64,000 bases of DNA from Botryllus schlosseri. Taxonomy: Eukaryota. The notes beneath the pieces are model-generated. The model made no database searches. It had not been told where the DNA came from and saw only the letters and a list, made by a program, of their open reading frames with translations. The stretch is from NCBI GenBank assembly GCA_051294905.1, contig CM119374.1, positions 19,468,001-19,532,000 of the forward strand, given 5' to 3'. Shown here in pieces: positions 37,320-51,900 of the stretch. Position numbers and translations under genes: made by a program. Numbering within the stretch: the stretch's first letter is position 1; every line of letters begins with the position of its first letter.

Positions 37320-39799
37320 CTTAACACGAAAACATCATAAAAAGTGTCTCCGCAAATGCAGTCCTTGGCCAGCGCACACCTGGCTTCGATCGCCCGAGAT
37401 ATACGAGGTACAATTTAGAATTGATATCCGCACGACACGCGGCTCCTGACTGTATGCTAGCAGTATGGCATAGAATACCGTCTCCACGCCATCTTCCCCA
37501 CATCATACGTGAGCACTGAGCACGACCACCTGTACCACTCAAATTGCTGCGACGATTTCTCCTCTATTTTTGAAAGGACCACCAGCTCGGCTCCGACTGC
37601 CACCGAAACCTGAGCGGTAAATGCCAGGATGAGTAAACCGAGTACCATGCAATTCAAAACAATTCATGTTTTTCCTTGCTCAACGATCGGACAACATGGA
37701 TCACCATAGTTTAAAAAAAATGTCATGCACAGAAAGTATGGAACTACCGTAAAAGCACAGGTGGTCACTTACGAAGCACACCAACTTTTTTGACTACTCC
37801 CACTTTCTGCTCGAATAGATTTATAGGGAAAACTACCTTACTTAATGCCCTTTGGATTTTGTAAAGTATCGAGTAGTTTGAGGATAAGTTTGTGCCAGTT
37901 TTATGAATGAAATTGTCATAATGGCTGTGTGAAATAGCACCTGTATCTTCTGATAGAGCGTAGACACCTCTGATCATCTGCTGAAGGTAAGAGACCCCTC
38001 AAACAAATATACCTTTTCGAGTACTTTACAAACCTTTTCTTTTCTACTTCCACTCGAATTAGTTTTAAAATATCTTGGAAATTGGTAGTTCTATTCGTGA
38101 TTGAGTAAAAATTTACAACATTAATTTTCCTACTATCCGAGTAGCAACGCTGCCTACCACTGCGTGCGGGTATCTGGAACTAGAACTACCTTGAATGCTT
38201 GTGGTTTCGTTGACTTGAATTTCCGTTCCACTTCATCCCGTGAAGGTCGAGAGCCTTTCCTTTGTCGATATCTATTAGCGCCTTGCTGTTGAATTAGAGG
38301 AGAGTAAAGAGTACACAATGATCCTCTATTGGCCACCAACAGCTTGGTCAATATCAAAATCGAAAAAATCACAGATATATATTGTGTATATTCATATTTA
38401 TTTGACCAATACATCTTCCGAATCAACACTGTGAAGTATGCATCGAGGGCTGTCAGATCAAGAGCTAACGCAAGACCGGTCAGCCCTGCTACAGACAGTT
38501 AGGTATTTGTAAGTCGCATACATTTGTGAGGATCTTGCTTAGAGATACTATCACAGTATCACAGGCTGCCTTTAATACTTGACGACGAGTTTCAGTCGAA
38601 AGTATTTGGGTTCATTTCATAATGAGTATACCATTCGATTCGATAATTACTAACACCACACAACAGCGTTGGGGTGGCTCGAGTCACGTTTCTCGAATGA
38701 TTTGACTTGACTCGACTGATGAATTACCTTTATGAAATGAAATGATTGACACGTGGCTTCGATTCAGATTTCAGAGTAAGTAATCAATTATTCTACTTCA
38801 TGAAGCACCATGAACCGCTCAGCTACCCTGGACTTGTCTGTGTGTTGGACACCATTTCCAGGTAAGTTTTCGATATGATTATATCCTTCATCATGCCTTT
38901 AATTGCCGATCATGGCCTTATATTATACTAGCATTGTAAGTTTCAACCATGCATAAATTGATTCAATGTTTGCGTGAATATCTGTGTATCACATACATCT
39001 TGAAAACCATCATGGGCTATGTGCTAGATATCAGCAAGGATTTACAATCTCGCCACATGACATGACATAACCAATCAACGGAACCTAAAATTTATCATGG
39101 ATAGAACGAAGAGAATCTCACCGTTTGTCAAAGTTAGCCCAGCATTCCTTGCACTCGATATCTTTGGTTTTCAAAAAACCGACGAGCTTGTCATTGTTGG
39201 CACTGTCGGGCAGGTTTGCAAACAGCATCGTGACCATCGCGTCTGTTGAGAAAAAGATTCAAGGTTGTATGTGCCGATGTCGACCTGGTCATTTAAACAC
39301 AAAACTGTAAGTTGTAACCAAGTCCCAAGGTTCCGAGTCACAAGTTATTCTTACTTCTATAGTTTTGACTCGAGTCAAGTCGAGTCATTTTAAATTCCAA
39401 GTCTGCCAGTGGAGGTGTTTTGACTTGAGTCCGAGTCATTATGTTCACTGGTCAGTGTGCTGTTTAATCCAGTTCAACCCACTTTTTTCAACTCTGCACG
39501 AGTGTTATAGAATGGCTCGCATTCATAATATAGTGTTTTTAGTCAGTTTTAACAGTTTTTGGTCCTATTTTCAAGTATCAGAACCGAGAGATGATATACC
39601 AATAATATGGTAACTTTACTGTTCTTCGAAGTTACAATGAAATGCCAATCCGTGGGTAGTTAGTTTTCAATACAGATCACAAAATTAGAAGCTTACTTTT
39701 TTTCATTTTCTTCAGTGCAACTATCTCATCTGCCCCCGATTTCCGTTTTTGGGGTTTCAACAGCTGTAAGGTCTCATCATCCATTGCTTTCGTCCTGGC
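37320..39799 (-). pseudogene. Nucleolin-like copy C (degraded)
   Basis: Exon 39697-39799 (…QKRKSGADEIVALKKMKK); RRM1 exons 39122-39242 (MVTMLFANLPDSANNDKLVGFL) and from 38285 (KALIDIDKGKALDLHGMKWNG, then out of frame); decayed RGG exon at about 37330-37610 (GFGGSRSRAGG...GGRA...GRWRGDG, frameshifted). Confidence 0.68.
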
Positions 39800-42187
39800 C
39801 TGTAAGTACAACACACAATGATATCCAAACACAATTCAAGACATAAAATTTGCCCCCATCAGTGAATAAACATCAAGACCAGAACATATTTGACAACGAA
39901 TTAAATAGATGATGGTCCAGGAGGCCAAACTCGAATCAACGGCAGGTAATGTATCAGTGTGTAAACCGTTTTGAATACCGAGTTATCAAATTATCAAAGC
40001 ATCATAAAAGTAAATGATTTAAAAATTGAAATCGAGTTTCGAAAACATGGCTCACCAACACGCGGCCGCAAGGCCATATTTTGCGGCCCGCAGCCTTATT
40101 TGAGATTTCGGAAGAACGCATAGTAAAGCATTTAGAAATGCTGAAATTGATTTCAGTTGAAAATTAGTGCTGTTCAAAATAAGCTATTTTCCTGTGCCTA
40201 ACATCACCATCCCTCATTAGCCGATACATCTTAGTCGGCGGCATTGGCATTCCATGAAGGAAGAATTAGCAGATATGAGTGGACATATGGCTTTGATGTG
40301 CAACGGCAAAGATCGCGACACTTTGAAAACGACATAGGGCTTCCCCACAAGATCAAGCTTTTAGAGGAGACTGCGAAACAATTTGTTGTGGAGTGGACTC
40401 CTTGCAGGAAATTTCCAAGCTCCCGAACCCATCAATTCGTGAAATTGACAACAACTACGTTTTTGCAAAACTACATATTGAATACATGTCCCTAGCATGC
40501 AAAATACTCCTATCACTTCTAGACCAAGCTTTCTGCTTGTTCTGGGGCTACAGGCTAGAGCAGTGGTTCCCAAAATGGGCGATATCGCCCCTAGTGGGCG
40601 ATTTTGAGAAACAAGGGGGTGATAGGGGCTGAAAATGTTCGAACGTCTAGTGAGATATATTTAATTAACACGGCCAAAATGTACACATGATGACGGCTTA
40701 TTATGCATATGACGCGAACGGCGACTTAAATAAAAGTCAACTCAACGAAAAGCAGATGCGGGAAGCGGTTTCACGAGCACATACTAGGAAAAATTCACCG
40801 ATCAGAGTTATGTGAACAAATTTCCTGCTTATATGTGCTGTGTTTCGGGGGGGAATTCTTGTGGAGCTGGATAATGGCGCGATGAGAAAAATCAAATCTC
40901 AGCCCAACCTTACCAAGACATCAAAGCGGTTTGCGTTACGCAAGGACTGGCACTGGGCGTGGGCACGTTTCTCATGATCGAGCCACTTTCTGGTCATTGC
41001 ATGGCATTAAAAATGAAAAACTCATGGGAGTGGTGACCGACACCATCTCCTATCGCGATTTGACGACCGAATATACTTTCACCTTCTACAAATTAAAGTG
41101 CATTATTTGCATTTCTGAGGGCCGCAAGCCGTGTTTAAAATATTTTGTGAACCATTTTTGTGATAAATATTCTCGGAGCGCAAAGTTTATCAGTGTTTTA
41201 TTGTGTGTGCCTGCTAGTTAGAATTTATTCCAGTGCCCATAATATTAATCCAATTATGCTTTTCAGACGTGAATCGGGAAATGCAGCAATGCAATCACAA
41301 TCGATGTTTTCATCAGCAACCAATTGTTGCGATGCCAGCTACTCAATACTAAGTAAAAGCCCACTGTGAAAAATGATGATTACTGATTGTAATCATAATT
41401 CTTATGTCTTTCGTGTTCCAGAATTGTCGTGCTGTGTTACTGCTCAGTCCAGTGACGAATGCCGAGCGCGCGGCAATCAATGACCTAATTTCGGAATCAT
41501 CTCAGCGGGAGATCGCATCGCACAATGTAACGCGATATGTGTGCACGGACGAATCTCGCTAATTGGTCGCGACCCCCCCCCCCCCATAACACTGATAATA
41601 CGACTTGTTGAATTGCAACTGAATATTAGCGTCAGAATGGTCATTTCAAAAGGACGGGGTTTTGCGTTTCAAAAGGTGGGGGTTTCGACATCCCCCTGGC
41701 TACGCGCCTGCCGTCACCCCATGCAAAATAAAAGTCGGCGCCTATGGTCGTGCCATCTCTATACAAAGATGATATATTCTGACTGATACTAGACCTAGGA
41801 CCAACCAGAAGATAAATAGTTCAAGGCAATGCCATATGCAATGTGTGTAAGAAACAAGGATTTGAATCAAAGTGGTTTGTATTGTCACTCCTGGAGTGCA
41901 TAATTATGACACATTTATATACCGTGTACATACCCGGCCTCTGGCCACAACAATCCATGGCTTTTTACAATGACAATTTACGGCCTTCCAACTCGTATTT
42001 GTCTTTTGTTTTCATGGCTTTATCCAAAGCGGCGGTGGAGCAGAATTGAACAAATGCTATTCTGCAAGTTGAGATAATTGTTGCGATCGCTGTTAATCAT
42101 ATCCGGCCCGCGTGCCGTAGGTTGCCGACCCTTGCTCTACAGCTACGGCAACATATGAAACGGGATATGTACAAGTATGACATATTA

Positions 42188-43006
42188 CCGTAATTTTCCA
42201 TGTATAACACGCAAAATTTTCACGATTTTTTGCCCTAAAATAGGGGGTGCGTATTATACATGGGTACAAGCCTTGAAAAAAATCTCCCTCGATAAAAAAC
42301 TTGAAATCACACCTATCTTCACGTTTGTTTCCAATCGCGCATCACTTTCAGCCAGCGCGCGTAGTAATTCGTATTATAGAGTGTAACGAGTTGCCAATTA
42401 GTGGGAAACGTGTTGTCGATTAACGAGAGTCGTGTGCACAAGCACGCGATCTCCTGCTGAGTTGGTTTGCCGTTTGTACGTGAGCGAAATTACGTCACTA
42501 ATAGACACTCGCGCGCGGCAATTCTCGCCAATTCATCGCGTCAACGATAGGCCCAAACAATCGCATATCCAATTTATACATATACTAGATGCCATTTGCG
42601 CAAGATATAATCGCTTGCGTAATCAGTCGCATCTCCAACAGACCTGCTACGCATGACATGACCGTTAGCCTAGGCGCAATCGCATCGGTAACAGGCATCT
42701 TGCGCAAGATGTCGGTTCGTTGGCCTAAACTAACTCGCCGCCGACCTCGCAGGATTTGGCTGCTATCTACTATCGTTTGAAGACAATCCCGCTAATTGTA
42801 TAATGATTAGAGATCGTTGTGTAATGATTGTTCAAGAGTGACATCGCAAAACAGAATGACATCGTATACGAAATCGGAACTATTCATGTACTGAAATGCA
42901 GGGTGCGTACTATACATGGGTACAGGCTTTTTCCCAGAATTTACATGCTATTTTAGGGGTGCGTATTATACATGGGTGGGGGCGTACTATACTTGGAAAA
43001 TTACGG
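42188..43006. mobile_element. Tc1/mariner (Tc2-like) MITE
   Basis: TIR CCGTAATTTTCCA/TGGAAAATTACGG with TA flanks; subterminal GGGTGCGTA(T/C)TATACATGGG repeats. Confidence 0.85.
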
Positions 43007-44299
43007 TACCCTTATTTATAAAATTTGTGGTTGGATGAAAACGGTGTTGTCCCAGAACAACTGTGTCCTCATTTCTGAGGTTTATCCTTAATTTGTCCAT
43101 ACTTTCAACACTGATTAGGACTGGATGAGAGTGATGACCTATTGATCTCTAGACAACAGCTTAACAAAAACTGGGCAAAGGTGTTGATATCAATTAACAT
43201 ATATTGCAGTTGTACTACCAGAAGAGTCTTGTGCTATACTTAGTTTTCAATCCATGCCGACAGCATCCCTATTTATAAACAACAGCACCGTAAACTCCGC
43301 AGGTACTTACCCTTTGGATCTTCCGGTGTCCCGGTCCGATAGCAGTCTGACTTCTTCAACATTTTCAAAGAGCCCCATCAAATCGTCATCAGTCGCATGG
43401 TAGGGAACATTTTTCACAAACATCGTTCTGGCGTCTCTGTTGTCTTTCCAGGCATCACCTGAGAAAAATCACAACATCGTTGGTGAAATCTGCCTGGAAT
43501 TGTATCGCAATCGACTAGCGTCTAATGGAGCGGCTAGGGTGAGGTTAAGATTTTCAATATCTAATCAATACTCTGCCTTTGACAGGAAGTATTCTTTAAA
43601 CACTGTATCATGTAGGTATGGGTTTCCACGGTAATTGATTGGATCAATCATAACAGAGCCTACACAATAAGGATGAGCATGGATTTCCTTTATAAAGAAT
43701 TTCGCCAGATTCGGATCGGATATTGATTTACAATTACTTTGCTTATTTCGATATCATAAGAATTTTAATTCGGATATGAAGTTCAAATCCAGTACAGGAT
43801 TCGTATCTGCTAAACACCGAGAGGCTGAGATAGCATTATATACAATGATGAAACAAAATCTAATAGCTTCACTAAACGCATCACAGCATTATCTTTGCCT
43901 TAGAATCCAGCATTGTACCGTTAAGAACAGTCAAGTTTACAGAACGCAGGGATAGCTACCTCGTTTGCCCTTGCATTCAGTTTCTTCCACAGAAAGTTCG
44001 CTTCCTTTTCACTTGACTTGGCTAAGGCTGAGAGCCTTATCTTTGTCGGATGAGTCGATATCGACGAAGGCTTTGCTGTGGGAGAATGAGAACGATCGTT
44101 ACGGAATTCACATGCAAACCGAACGTGCCGCACACACCATCTGCTGTAGTTGGCCCGGCAAGCCTTGCCCTGAATGCCTTTCTTCTTAAGAAGCTGTTGA
44201 ACGTGTTGTCGTTGGTGCCTTCAGGCAGGTTCTTGAACAATACGGTGACGATTTCGCCTGTACAGAGACAATTTCAATGACTCGTGGAGCCATGCTTGG

Positions 44300-45751
44300 C
44301 AAAAACTGCCAAAAAACTATCTTCAACTCAGTTTGCGAGGCTAAATGCGGCACCTATTTCTTAATACTAGATACAGCCCGAACTCGGTCATCAGAACGGA
44401 TGGAGCTACATCGTTTTCAGCGCTGAAGAACGACTCGCTCCTCTCTACCTACGGGATGGTTGTGGAAACGGTAAGAGTCGTGAACACTAATAAAAATCCC
44501 GTTGCCGAAAGAGCAGTCCAAGAATTCTCCAGCGAGATACTGAAATTTCAAGGAGCCGGGCATGATGGGGATCAAGTGACTCCTCTACAACTTAAAATCG
44601 CCACTTGCAAGCTCAACAACCGCAACCGTGGAAATGGCGTCATGGCAAGGAAGAGAGATCAGTTTACTAACTCCGCTCTACCCATCGATGACGAAGACCT
44701 GATAAAGAAACAGCAGGAATGTAGGACCGGTAATCATCCGGCAAGCAAAGTTGCGAAGGCACCTAAACGAGAAACAAGGAAATCGGTTCCCGTTGCTTTT
44801 GGAGATATCGTTTACCTGCACAACGACAAGAAACACTGAAGCGCGGACCGATATTTGGGGCTGTCAACTGAAGGCGACTGGTGCAACATATCTCGATTAG
44901 GAGGCAAACGACTTTCGTACGGGATATATCGCGTACGTCAAAATAACTGTTTTTTGGTTTCAAACGAAATGGGACCAATAGATCAAACTTTGAATTACTC
45001 TGATCCGGATTGCGAATCAATCGAGCATGAGCCCGAGCCTCGCGATAAGGCGTCCATCTCCGACGAAGGGCGCTTCGAAGCTTTGGCTCCCGACGAACGG
45101 CAAGATCCTGTCTCCAAACCAGACTTGCAACAACAGCTACCTGACCTCCCACCGGAGATTCCACCGACACAACCTGGTCGGTCTCTGAGAGTCAGAAAAC
45201 CTCCTGTCTGGCATAATCATTCATCAACATCATTGGTTTATCAGCAATTTTATCAGTTCAATACACCACAAAAAATGCAATACAATGAAAAGACAGGAAG
45301 ATGTCAAAGCGACTAGGAGTAGTCTCTGGAATCAGACACCCACCTTGGCCTAGGCGATGTAAAAAGGAGGCATGCACACTGAATGAAAGTAAAGAAGATA
45401 GTGTGGAAAAAGCAAGCGACAGGAAATAGGGCGGCATGTCATGGGAAGCGATATCGATAGGTCAGTCGTGGTCCGGTTATCTTGAGGATGGACTGTATTT
45501 ATTTAGTAGTAATTGCTTGTATTTCGACTTGAATGTGGACATGCTCGTCGACTGCCATAAAGACTATGTCATAGGCAAATGAAGGAGGAAGAAGTTGAGC
45601 CAATATTGTTGTGTTGTGTCAATTGATTGTCCGGTGATTGCAATTCATTGGTGCAATCTATCATCAACCTATATAACGGTTACTCGCGGTGTTGGGTTCT
45701 CTTTTTGCTGCAATAAACTTCTGTCGTAAGCCGACATCGTACTTGGTGCCA
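44300..45751 (+). mobile_element. Gypsy-like LTR retrotransposon remnant (integrase 3' part, PPT and probable 3' LTR)
   Basis: Integrase core IRTDG...NKNPVAERAVQE (44345-44839); pol-end motif RSLRVRKPPVW; polypurine tract GAAGGAGGAAGAAG (45581-45594), followed by a TG...CA segment (~45596-45751) containing TATATAA and AATAAA. Confidence 0.8.
45213..45498 (-). mobile_element. SINE-like/short retroposon, copy 2, inserted at the end of the LTR-element pol
   Basis: Closely matches 18147-18430. Confidence 0.7.
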
Positions 45752-48700
45752 ATAGGGAATACAGGCTCTATACTGGGGATAAATACAACGTTATTTGAGT
45801 ATTTAGGTAAATACTTATATACATGATTGAAGTTTATTTATGTACATGATATCCGTGAAAGTCTCTAATTACGATCAATCTAGTGCCCCGAAATATAATT
45901 CTGTTGATGTAATTTGATTTGAAACAGTCTTCAGCGTGTCAAAATACCAAGTAGGTTGAATTTCACAACTTCATAGTACGATTGAGCTGATTTTTTTATC
46001 CAACCCATACAGCGAAAATATGAGATTTTAGTCAAAATACCCCCATGGATTATCTCGCAATCGGTGACCTTCAGAAACCCCCAAACCACTCTTACTTTGT
46101 CTGCCTAAAATTATGTGTTGACCTGTGTTATATATAGTTACTAAGGATGAGGTGCCCCTGCATCATTGATATTGGCAATCAATGTTCCAAATTCAAGCAC
46201 ATTTCTATATATGATTCGCAATCACACTCACGCTCTTTCTGCAGCAAACTAAGTCCAGTATCACGCCATTCATGAACGAGTCGGAATACGCAGGCTAAAT
46301 ATGGACCGAAAGATACATTTATACGTTTCTATTGGCTCACTAAGCAACAAAATCGTGAGTTGGTGAGTGCTACCGGTATTAACCCTAGGTCACTATGATT
46401 GGGGTCAAGGGCGAACTAATATGTGAGCCATATTTTCATGTGAGGTCGGATTGTTCTTGCAAGCCATGTAATCCTAAATGGTTATATACACTATCAATCG
46501 GAATAAAGCAATAGCTGATTACCGCTGATACCTTGCCGCTATGAGCTATTGAGCATGGGTCAGATTTTGAAAATATAGTGGGCAGACTAAGTCTTTTTCT
46601 CCAGAGAGATCGATTCCGACTGTTTATCACTCTTTCGCATTGTTTTGTCACGTGGAGTCAACTAGGCATGATGATAAGCTTTCAGATCTCTGTGTTGGTC
46701 AGAGAAAGTCAGTTTTATATGCATTGAGTGCGTGAATAATGTTGAGGCTTGTTGAGAAGATGTATAACATGTCAAACATGCATTGGACCGGAGAAAGATT
46801 TTGAGTGAATTTACTTTGTTGTAATAATTGACTGTTGAATTATTTGTTGTATTATATTGTATTACATTGATGTATTGTAATACCTGTTGTATTAACTAAC
46901 TGATGGGGTATGTTTTACCCCACCTCGCCATTCCTGTTATGGTGTTACGCCTTAGGGGGGAATCTTGAAACAGGTAGACAGTAGGGTTCAAAATAGAAAG
47001 ATTCCTTGTTATAACGTCCTGCAGGAGGTCATTATACAGCTGTATAGCGAAATTGGTTAAAAAAAAGCATACTAACTGATGTGGTTAATTCGACCCCACC
47101 TGATCATTCATGTAATGGTAATCCACCCTAGGGGCCTAGGGTTAAATATCAGTGGGCAGGAGTTTGGATCGCGGCCCACACTACAAGAATCCTTGCCCAA
47201 AATGGGGTCCGTGGATCAACTGTGGTACGTAGGCCTGCAGCAGTTTGAAAAGTTCTGCAATGAGAATTCACTCAGCATGAAAGTATGAGCGTTGTGCTAT
47301 CCCAAACAAAACCAAACATTAATGACTGAACTGCAGAAACACAAGTGCACGTATCCTATCAAATTATTACCGTCTTTGATAGCTTTGCCCTTTCTTTCGT
47401 TGGTGTTGTTTAACATTTTTCCTGCATACTTCGGTTTTAATAGGGCCACGACTTATCAAAATGATTGCTCAGGGCCACTTGCAACAGGCATAATTTTTAG
47501 GAGAGTTTGAAAACTGTTTGGGAAGATTGTTCTCCCAGCACTTTTGTAAAAAAGCCTTTCTCAGCAGGACGCGTTATTACATCCCAATGTTTGGAATCAC
47601 ATATCTTTTGTTTGTTTCACACCACCATCTGTCATACCTTCTGTTTTCGATTTCTTTGCAGCGACTTCCTCGGCATCTTCCCGTATCCTATTCTGCGTCT
47701 GTTTAGCCCCCATCCCCTCTTCAGCGTCAACTACTTCATCCTTATTATTTTCATCAGCGTCCTTCGTTATCGGCATTGCCTGAAATTCGTACTATTATGA
47801 AATCACTGTACTGGTATTGCTGTATGAAAGAGTTGCGCTTTCAAGTCGTTTGCAATAGAAACCAACATTGAAATCACCTTTTCTGCAATTCCAATTGGTT
47901 CTTGTTCTACCGCACCGATCTTTTCTGTAGGTTTCTTCTGCCCTGTTGCCCTGACTTCTGTGGTCCCTTTTGCTACGTCCTATAAGAACATATATTATGT
48001 CGTTACCATGCAACACTTCAACGATCATCAAACACTGCAACTGTGTCAAGGAACCGTGAATAGGGATTATACAACGTTAATTGCAAATATGAGGCCATTA
48101 TTTGCAACCAAGAAGTCTTACCTTTCGGCGAGTTCGAGCCATTTTGAAGTACGTAGTATAAAGTTCGGTGTTTGAGCTTGATTGAATTGCAGTGTAGAAG
48201 ATGATACGTGCTAATTATTTCCAGTTAAGGTAAGTAAAAGAATACTGTATAAGAGGGAAGATAATACATCACATTGAAATAGTTTCCCTATGCATCGTAC
48301 TACAAGACAAAACGACAAACGACTTTCATAATGTCGCTCAAACGATGAAATAAAAATATAACACGAGTAGAAGTAAATAAACCAACAACATACTAAATTG
48401 GCGGAGTGCGTGATAAGGCAACATGTTTCCTGCTACGACTCAAGAGTCTTCATAAATATCGATCACATTCAAGTAATCAGACATTTGTCAATTAGGGTGG
48501 TGGCTTTGTGGATTATCATGCAAACTTTCGAACAAAATGGAGACCAAAAGAACACTACGTGGTTTGGCATGATCTGATCCCCAAATATAAGGAAATCTAT
48601 TCTGTCTTCCAAGACGCTCAAACGAAACGAGTCTACACCAACACGCCATTTGACATGCCTTTCATAAAATATCTCAAGCAGTAAAAACCGTCTCAACAGG

Positions 48701-48977
48701 GGCAGAATTGATTTTACCAAGTTACCGAATTACAAACAGCATCACAAGAAGAGGATGTAAAAATACCAAAAATCATCACAAACATGTCACCAAAAATTCA
48801 CTGTCCAGCATAAGCCCAATCCTCAAATGCCCAAGGCCACCACTACCAGGACCCGATGCCACACGCCACGCATGTCTCATGACCGCAAGCCATCTTAAGT
48901 GATATCGCATTTATAAAATGTCTCGAAAAGCATTAGGTCAGAATCATCTCCTGGCGGCAGTATCCTTAAACTTGGCA

Positions 48978-51900
48978 TCATCTGCCTCTTCTTACGTTGC
49001 CGCGGCCTCTTCCTTTGTTGCCACGGCCTCTTCCTCTGTTACCACGGCCTCTTCCTATGTTGCCACGGCCTCCTCCTCTGGTGCCACGGCGTCCTCCGCT
49101 TTTCGACCGGCTGCGAGGTCTGTTTTCTGCAAATCCCAAGTGGTTAATGCCAATCATACAGTTAAAGGCGGCAAAAACAGTTTATATTTACTCATAGGTC
49201 TGGTGATTCAACAACAATGTCATAATTATCAAGACCAACAGCAAAGCAGGGGTAGAAGCAGGGTTGTAATGACTCGAGTTGCGATTTTCTGATGACTCCA
49301 CATGACTCAAGTTGTTTTCTCGAGATACGGAAATAACTCGACTCGAGTCAATCTGCGTATTGACTCGTCTTGGACTCGAGTCATTGCCCATGACTCGAGA
49401 CTCAGACGGCCAAGACCGACATTTCATTGTAATTTCGAAGAATTACCAACACTATTGGAATTTCGTCTATTGGTACTGCTACTTGAAATGAGACCAGAAA
49501 TTGCCAAAAGTGAGGAAAATTAGTAAATTACAAATGTGAACCATTCGATATCACCAAACACAGTTATAAAATGCGGGTTTAACATGACTTAACAGGAAAC
49601 TGAGCAGTCACCACGATGACTTGAACTCGAGTTGGTGGTGAATTGAAAATGACTCGACTCAAGTGAAAACTAAAAAAAGTGAGATTGACTTGTGACTCGG
49701 AGCCTTGTGACTTGCTTACAACCCCGGGCAGCAGGAACGTGAAAACTACGCTTGTCTTTCATAAATCAGATTTGAAACAAAGCTTTTAGACTGCTGTAGC
49801 TCCCCCAAGCACGCCAAAAGACACTGTCACCATGCTAGAGATGAATATAGCTCTTGCAATATGCAAAAGAGAATAAGGTAGAAGTAGCAATTACCAAGTC
49901 TTGTCTAAACTACGGTACTTGCAATGGAAGAAAATGGAAACTCAAATAAATACTACAGTAGTTAGAATAGATTTTGCCAAGAGGTCACATACTTTTTACA
50001 GTTGATTGGTACTTTCGAAATTGCAACATTAATCTTCGACAATACCGGTATATTCAGTTTCTGTGACACAGGGACTGTTTCACGAAGTTCTAATAGCAAT
50101 TTAACCCATAAGCATTCATACACTTGTCGCAAAACTTGTTTCTGTTTTTCAAAATCCAAAGGGAAAAACTAAGCAGTGTTTCCGAAAAAGAATATGTTCA
50201 AATAGAAATGGAAGTGCCGTAAAACCGTAACCACTTGGGGATGTAATGAAATTAGGCAAAATCTTCTGAAGTAGGCTACTTTGAAAAAGTTAATTAAATT
50301 ATCCAACACCTCTGTATAAAACTGCAAACCAGCAAACTGGACAAACAAACTCAAATATAAATAATCCGGTACAGATGCAATAGAAGTTACAAGATACAGA
50401 AATCGCAGCAAAAGTAAACTTTGTGTTGAAGTTAACATCGCGTTGAATGAACCAGTGAAAGCTTGCCAGCCAAGATATGGCTCAAGCAGCTGGATAAACC
50501 AGAGTGTAATCAGGCAGTAACCAAATGATCTAATCCAAGTAAATTTACAGCGGTTCTTACACGGTCGCCTCGCCCTGTTTCCAGCCTACGAAGGACTGCT
50601 ATTTTTTCACCATACTGAAGTAGGTTATGTCTACTTGCACCACTTATGTCAGTTGTTACGATTTCAAACTACCTCTGATTCTACTTAGCCGTTTTCAGTT
50701 TTTCTTTCAGCCAAAACTAGGCCTTGAATACTTACCTAAATTTCTTCTTCTACTAAAGCAGAGATGTTGGATTACTTTTATATGAGTACCAACGTTGGCT
50801 ACTTTAACCTAATTGATGACATGCCAGGTCTAGTCTAGGGTTGCCATACGTCGGGAATTTCACTGTGCAAATTGCGTACGGGAAGAAATTCTAAAATAAT
50901 CCTAAATGTCCGGAATTTTGAAGGCTTGATTTAGGCTCTTAATTTTTTTGTAAATCAACATAAACAACATTATTTTTGGGCGGATTTATTCAACATGAAA
51001 TTTTTCTTTGCGCCAGTTGCGATTTAATATATACCATATATTGATTTTATTGTGGTGACTACCATCCTCGCAGAAACTCATCCAACTCAATCAAAAATTA
51101 TTAAAAATAATCTTCATTTACTGAATTAGTCTAATTGTAATCGCAATTATAGGAGAACGGTATATTCCAAGAGTCGGTTCGGTTAAGGCCGTTTAAATGC
51201 TTTATTCAAAGATAGTGGTCTTAAACCTGGGGGGCATTTCTCATTTGCCTTTATTCTGGGGATCCCAAAGACGTTGAACGTAATCAGCTTTCTAACGGGC
51301 CGTGAGTAAGTTTGGGCAAAGCCCCTCACCTTTTTTTGGTGCAATCCGGCATTAGGCTGATAAATTATCTAATCGGTGTGACATGAATGCATTTTCGAAT
51401 AGATCCTTCATCAGCTCCAACCCCAACTCTGATCATGTGGGCGCGGATAGGATCAAAACCATATAGCACTATATGGAAGAATAAATATCATTGACAGTTT
51501 CCATTCAAAAAAATTCAACGACCAGATGTACATATAAACCAGAAGCATATAGTGAGACCCCGAGAAGTTGCATTTATTACCCAAGAAGAGTGTTTATTTT
51601 GGCGGGAGGGGCTGAAAAAACGTGGTTTCAGCCCTGGTTACAACAGACAACCACACACTCCTGAACCGGACCGTGACCACCTCTGGTTGAAAGGCAAAGC
51701 AGTAGTGCGAGTATTTGTAGCGAAGGTTTGAAGAAACGTTCAATCGATTCGTAAAACGAGGAAGAGCACCTGCACTCTGGGTGGAGTACCACTATATGGT
51801 AGATATGCCCAAGGTCTTTATCAGAACAGCGAACTCGCAGACCACAATGGGAATCGGTCCTGCATTGTTACCAGGATGCTTCACACCTGCAGGCCATCAT

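Larger units (their letters stand above)
41934..47979 (-). pseudogene. Nucleolin-like copy B (pseudogene interrupted by LTR, SINE and MITE insertions)
   Basis: Exons at 47878-47979 and 47638-47779 (acidic, ...AAKKSKTEG); RRM1 from 44257 down to 43960 with a 1-bp frameshift and a TGA at 44009-44011; RRM2 43311-43458 (DARTMFVKNVPYHATDDDLMGLFENVEEVRLLSDRDTGRSKG) and 41934-42061 with a TAA at 41965-41967. Confidence 0.85.

Noticed and set aside
37457-37657. ORF with an apparent signal peptide (MVLGLLILAFTAQVSVA...)
   Set aside because: It is an alternate frame over the decayed Gly/Arg-rich terminal exon of nucleolin-C; there is no other support.
38130-38292. Plus-strand Cys-containing reading (YYPSSNAAYHCVRV...EPFLCRY) resembling a C-type lectin end
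   Set aside because: It is the antisense of the nucleolin-C RRM1 second-half exon, which is homologous to copy B at 43960-44075.
38420-38580. Hairpin AGGGCTG...CAGCCCT considered as an H/ACA snoRNA
   Set aside because: No properly placed ANANNA H box or second hairpin/ACA arrangement.
48918-49292. Ser/Ala/Pro-rich plus-strand repeat ORFs (…ATASSSVTTASS…, PRPLPLL repeats)
   Set aside because: Antisense of the 18-nt repeats encoding the RGG tail of nucleolin-like A.
49950-50800. Possible pogo/Tigger transposase fragments
   Set aside because: Weak HTH-like and DDE-like resemblance; diagnostic motifs and TIRs were not found.
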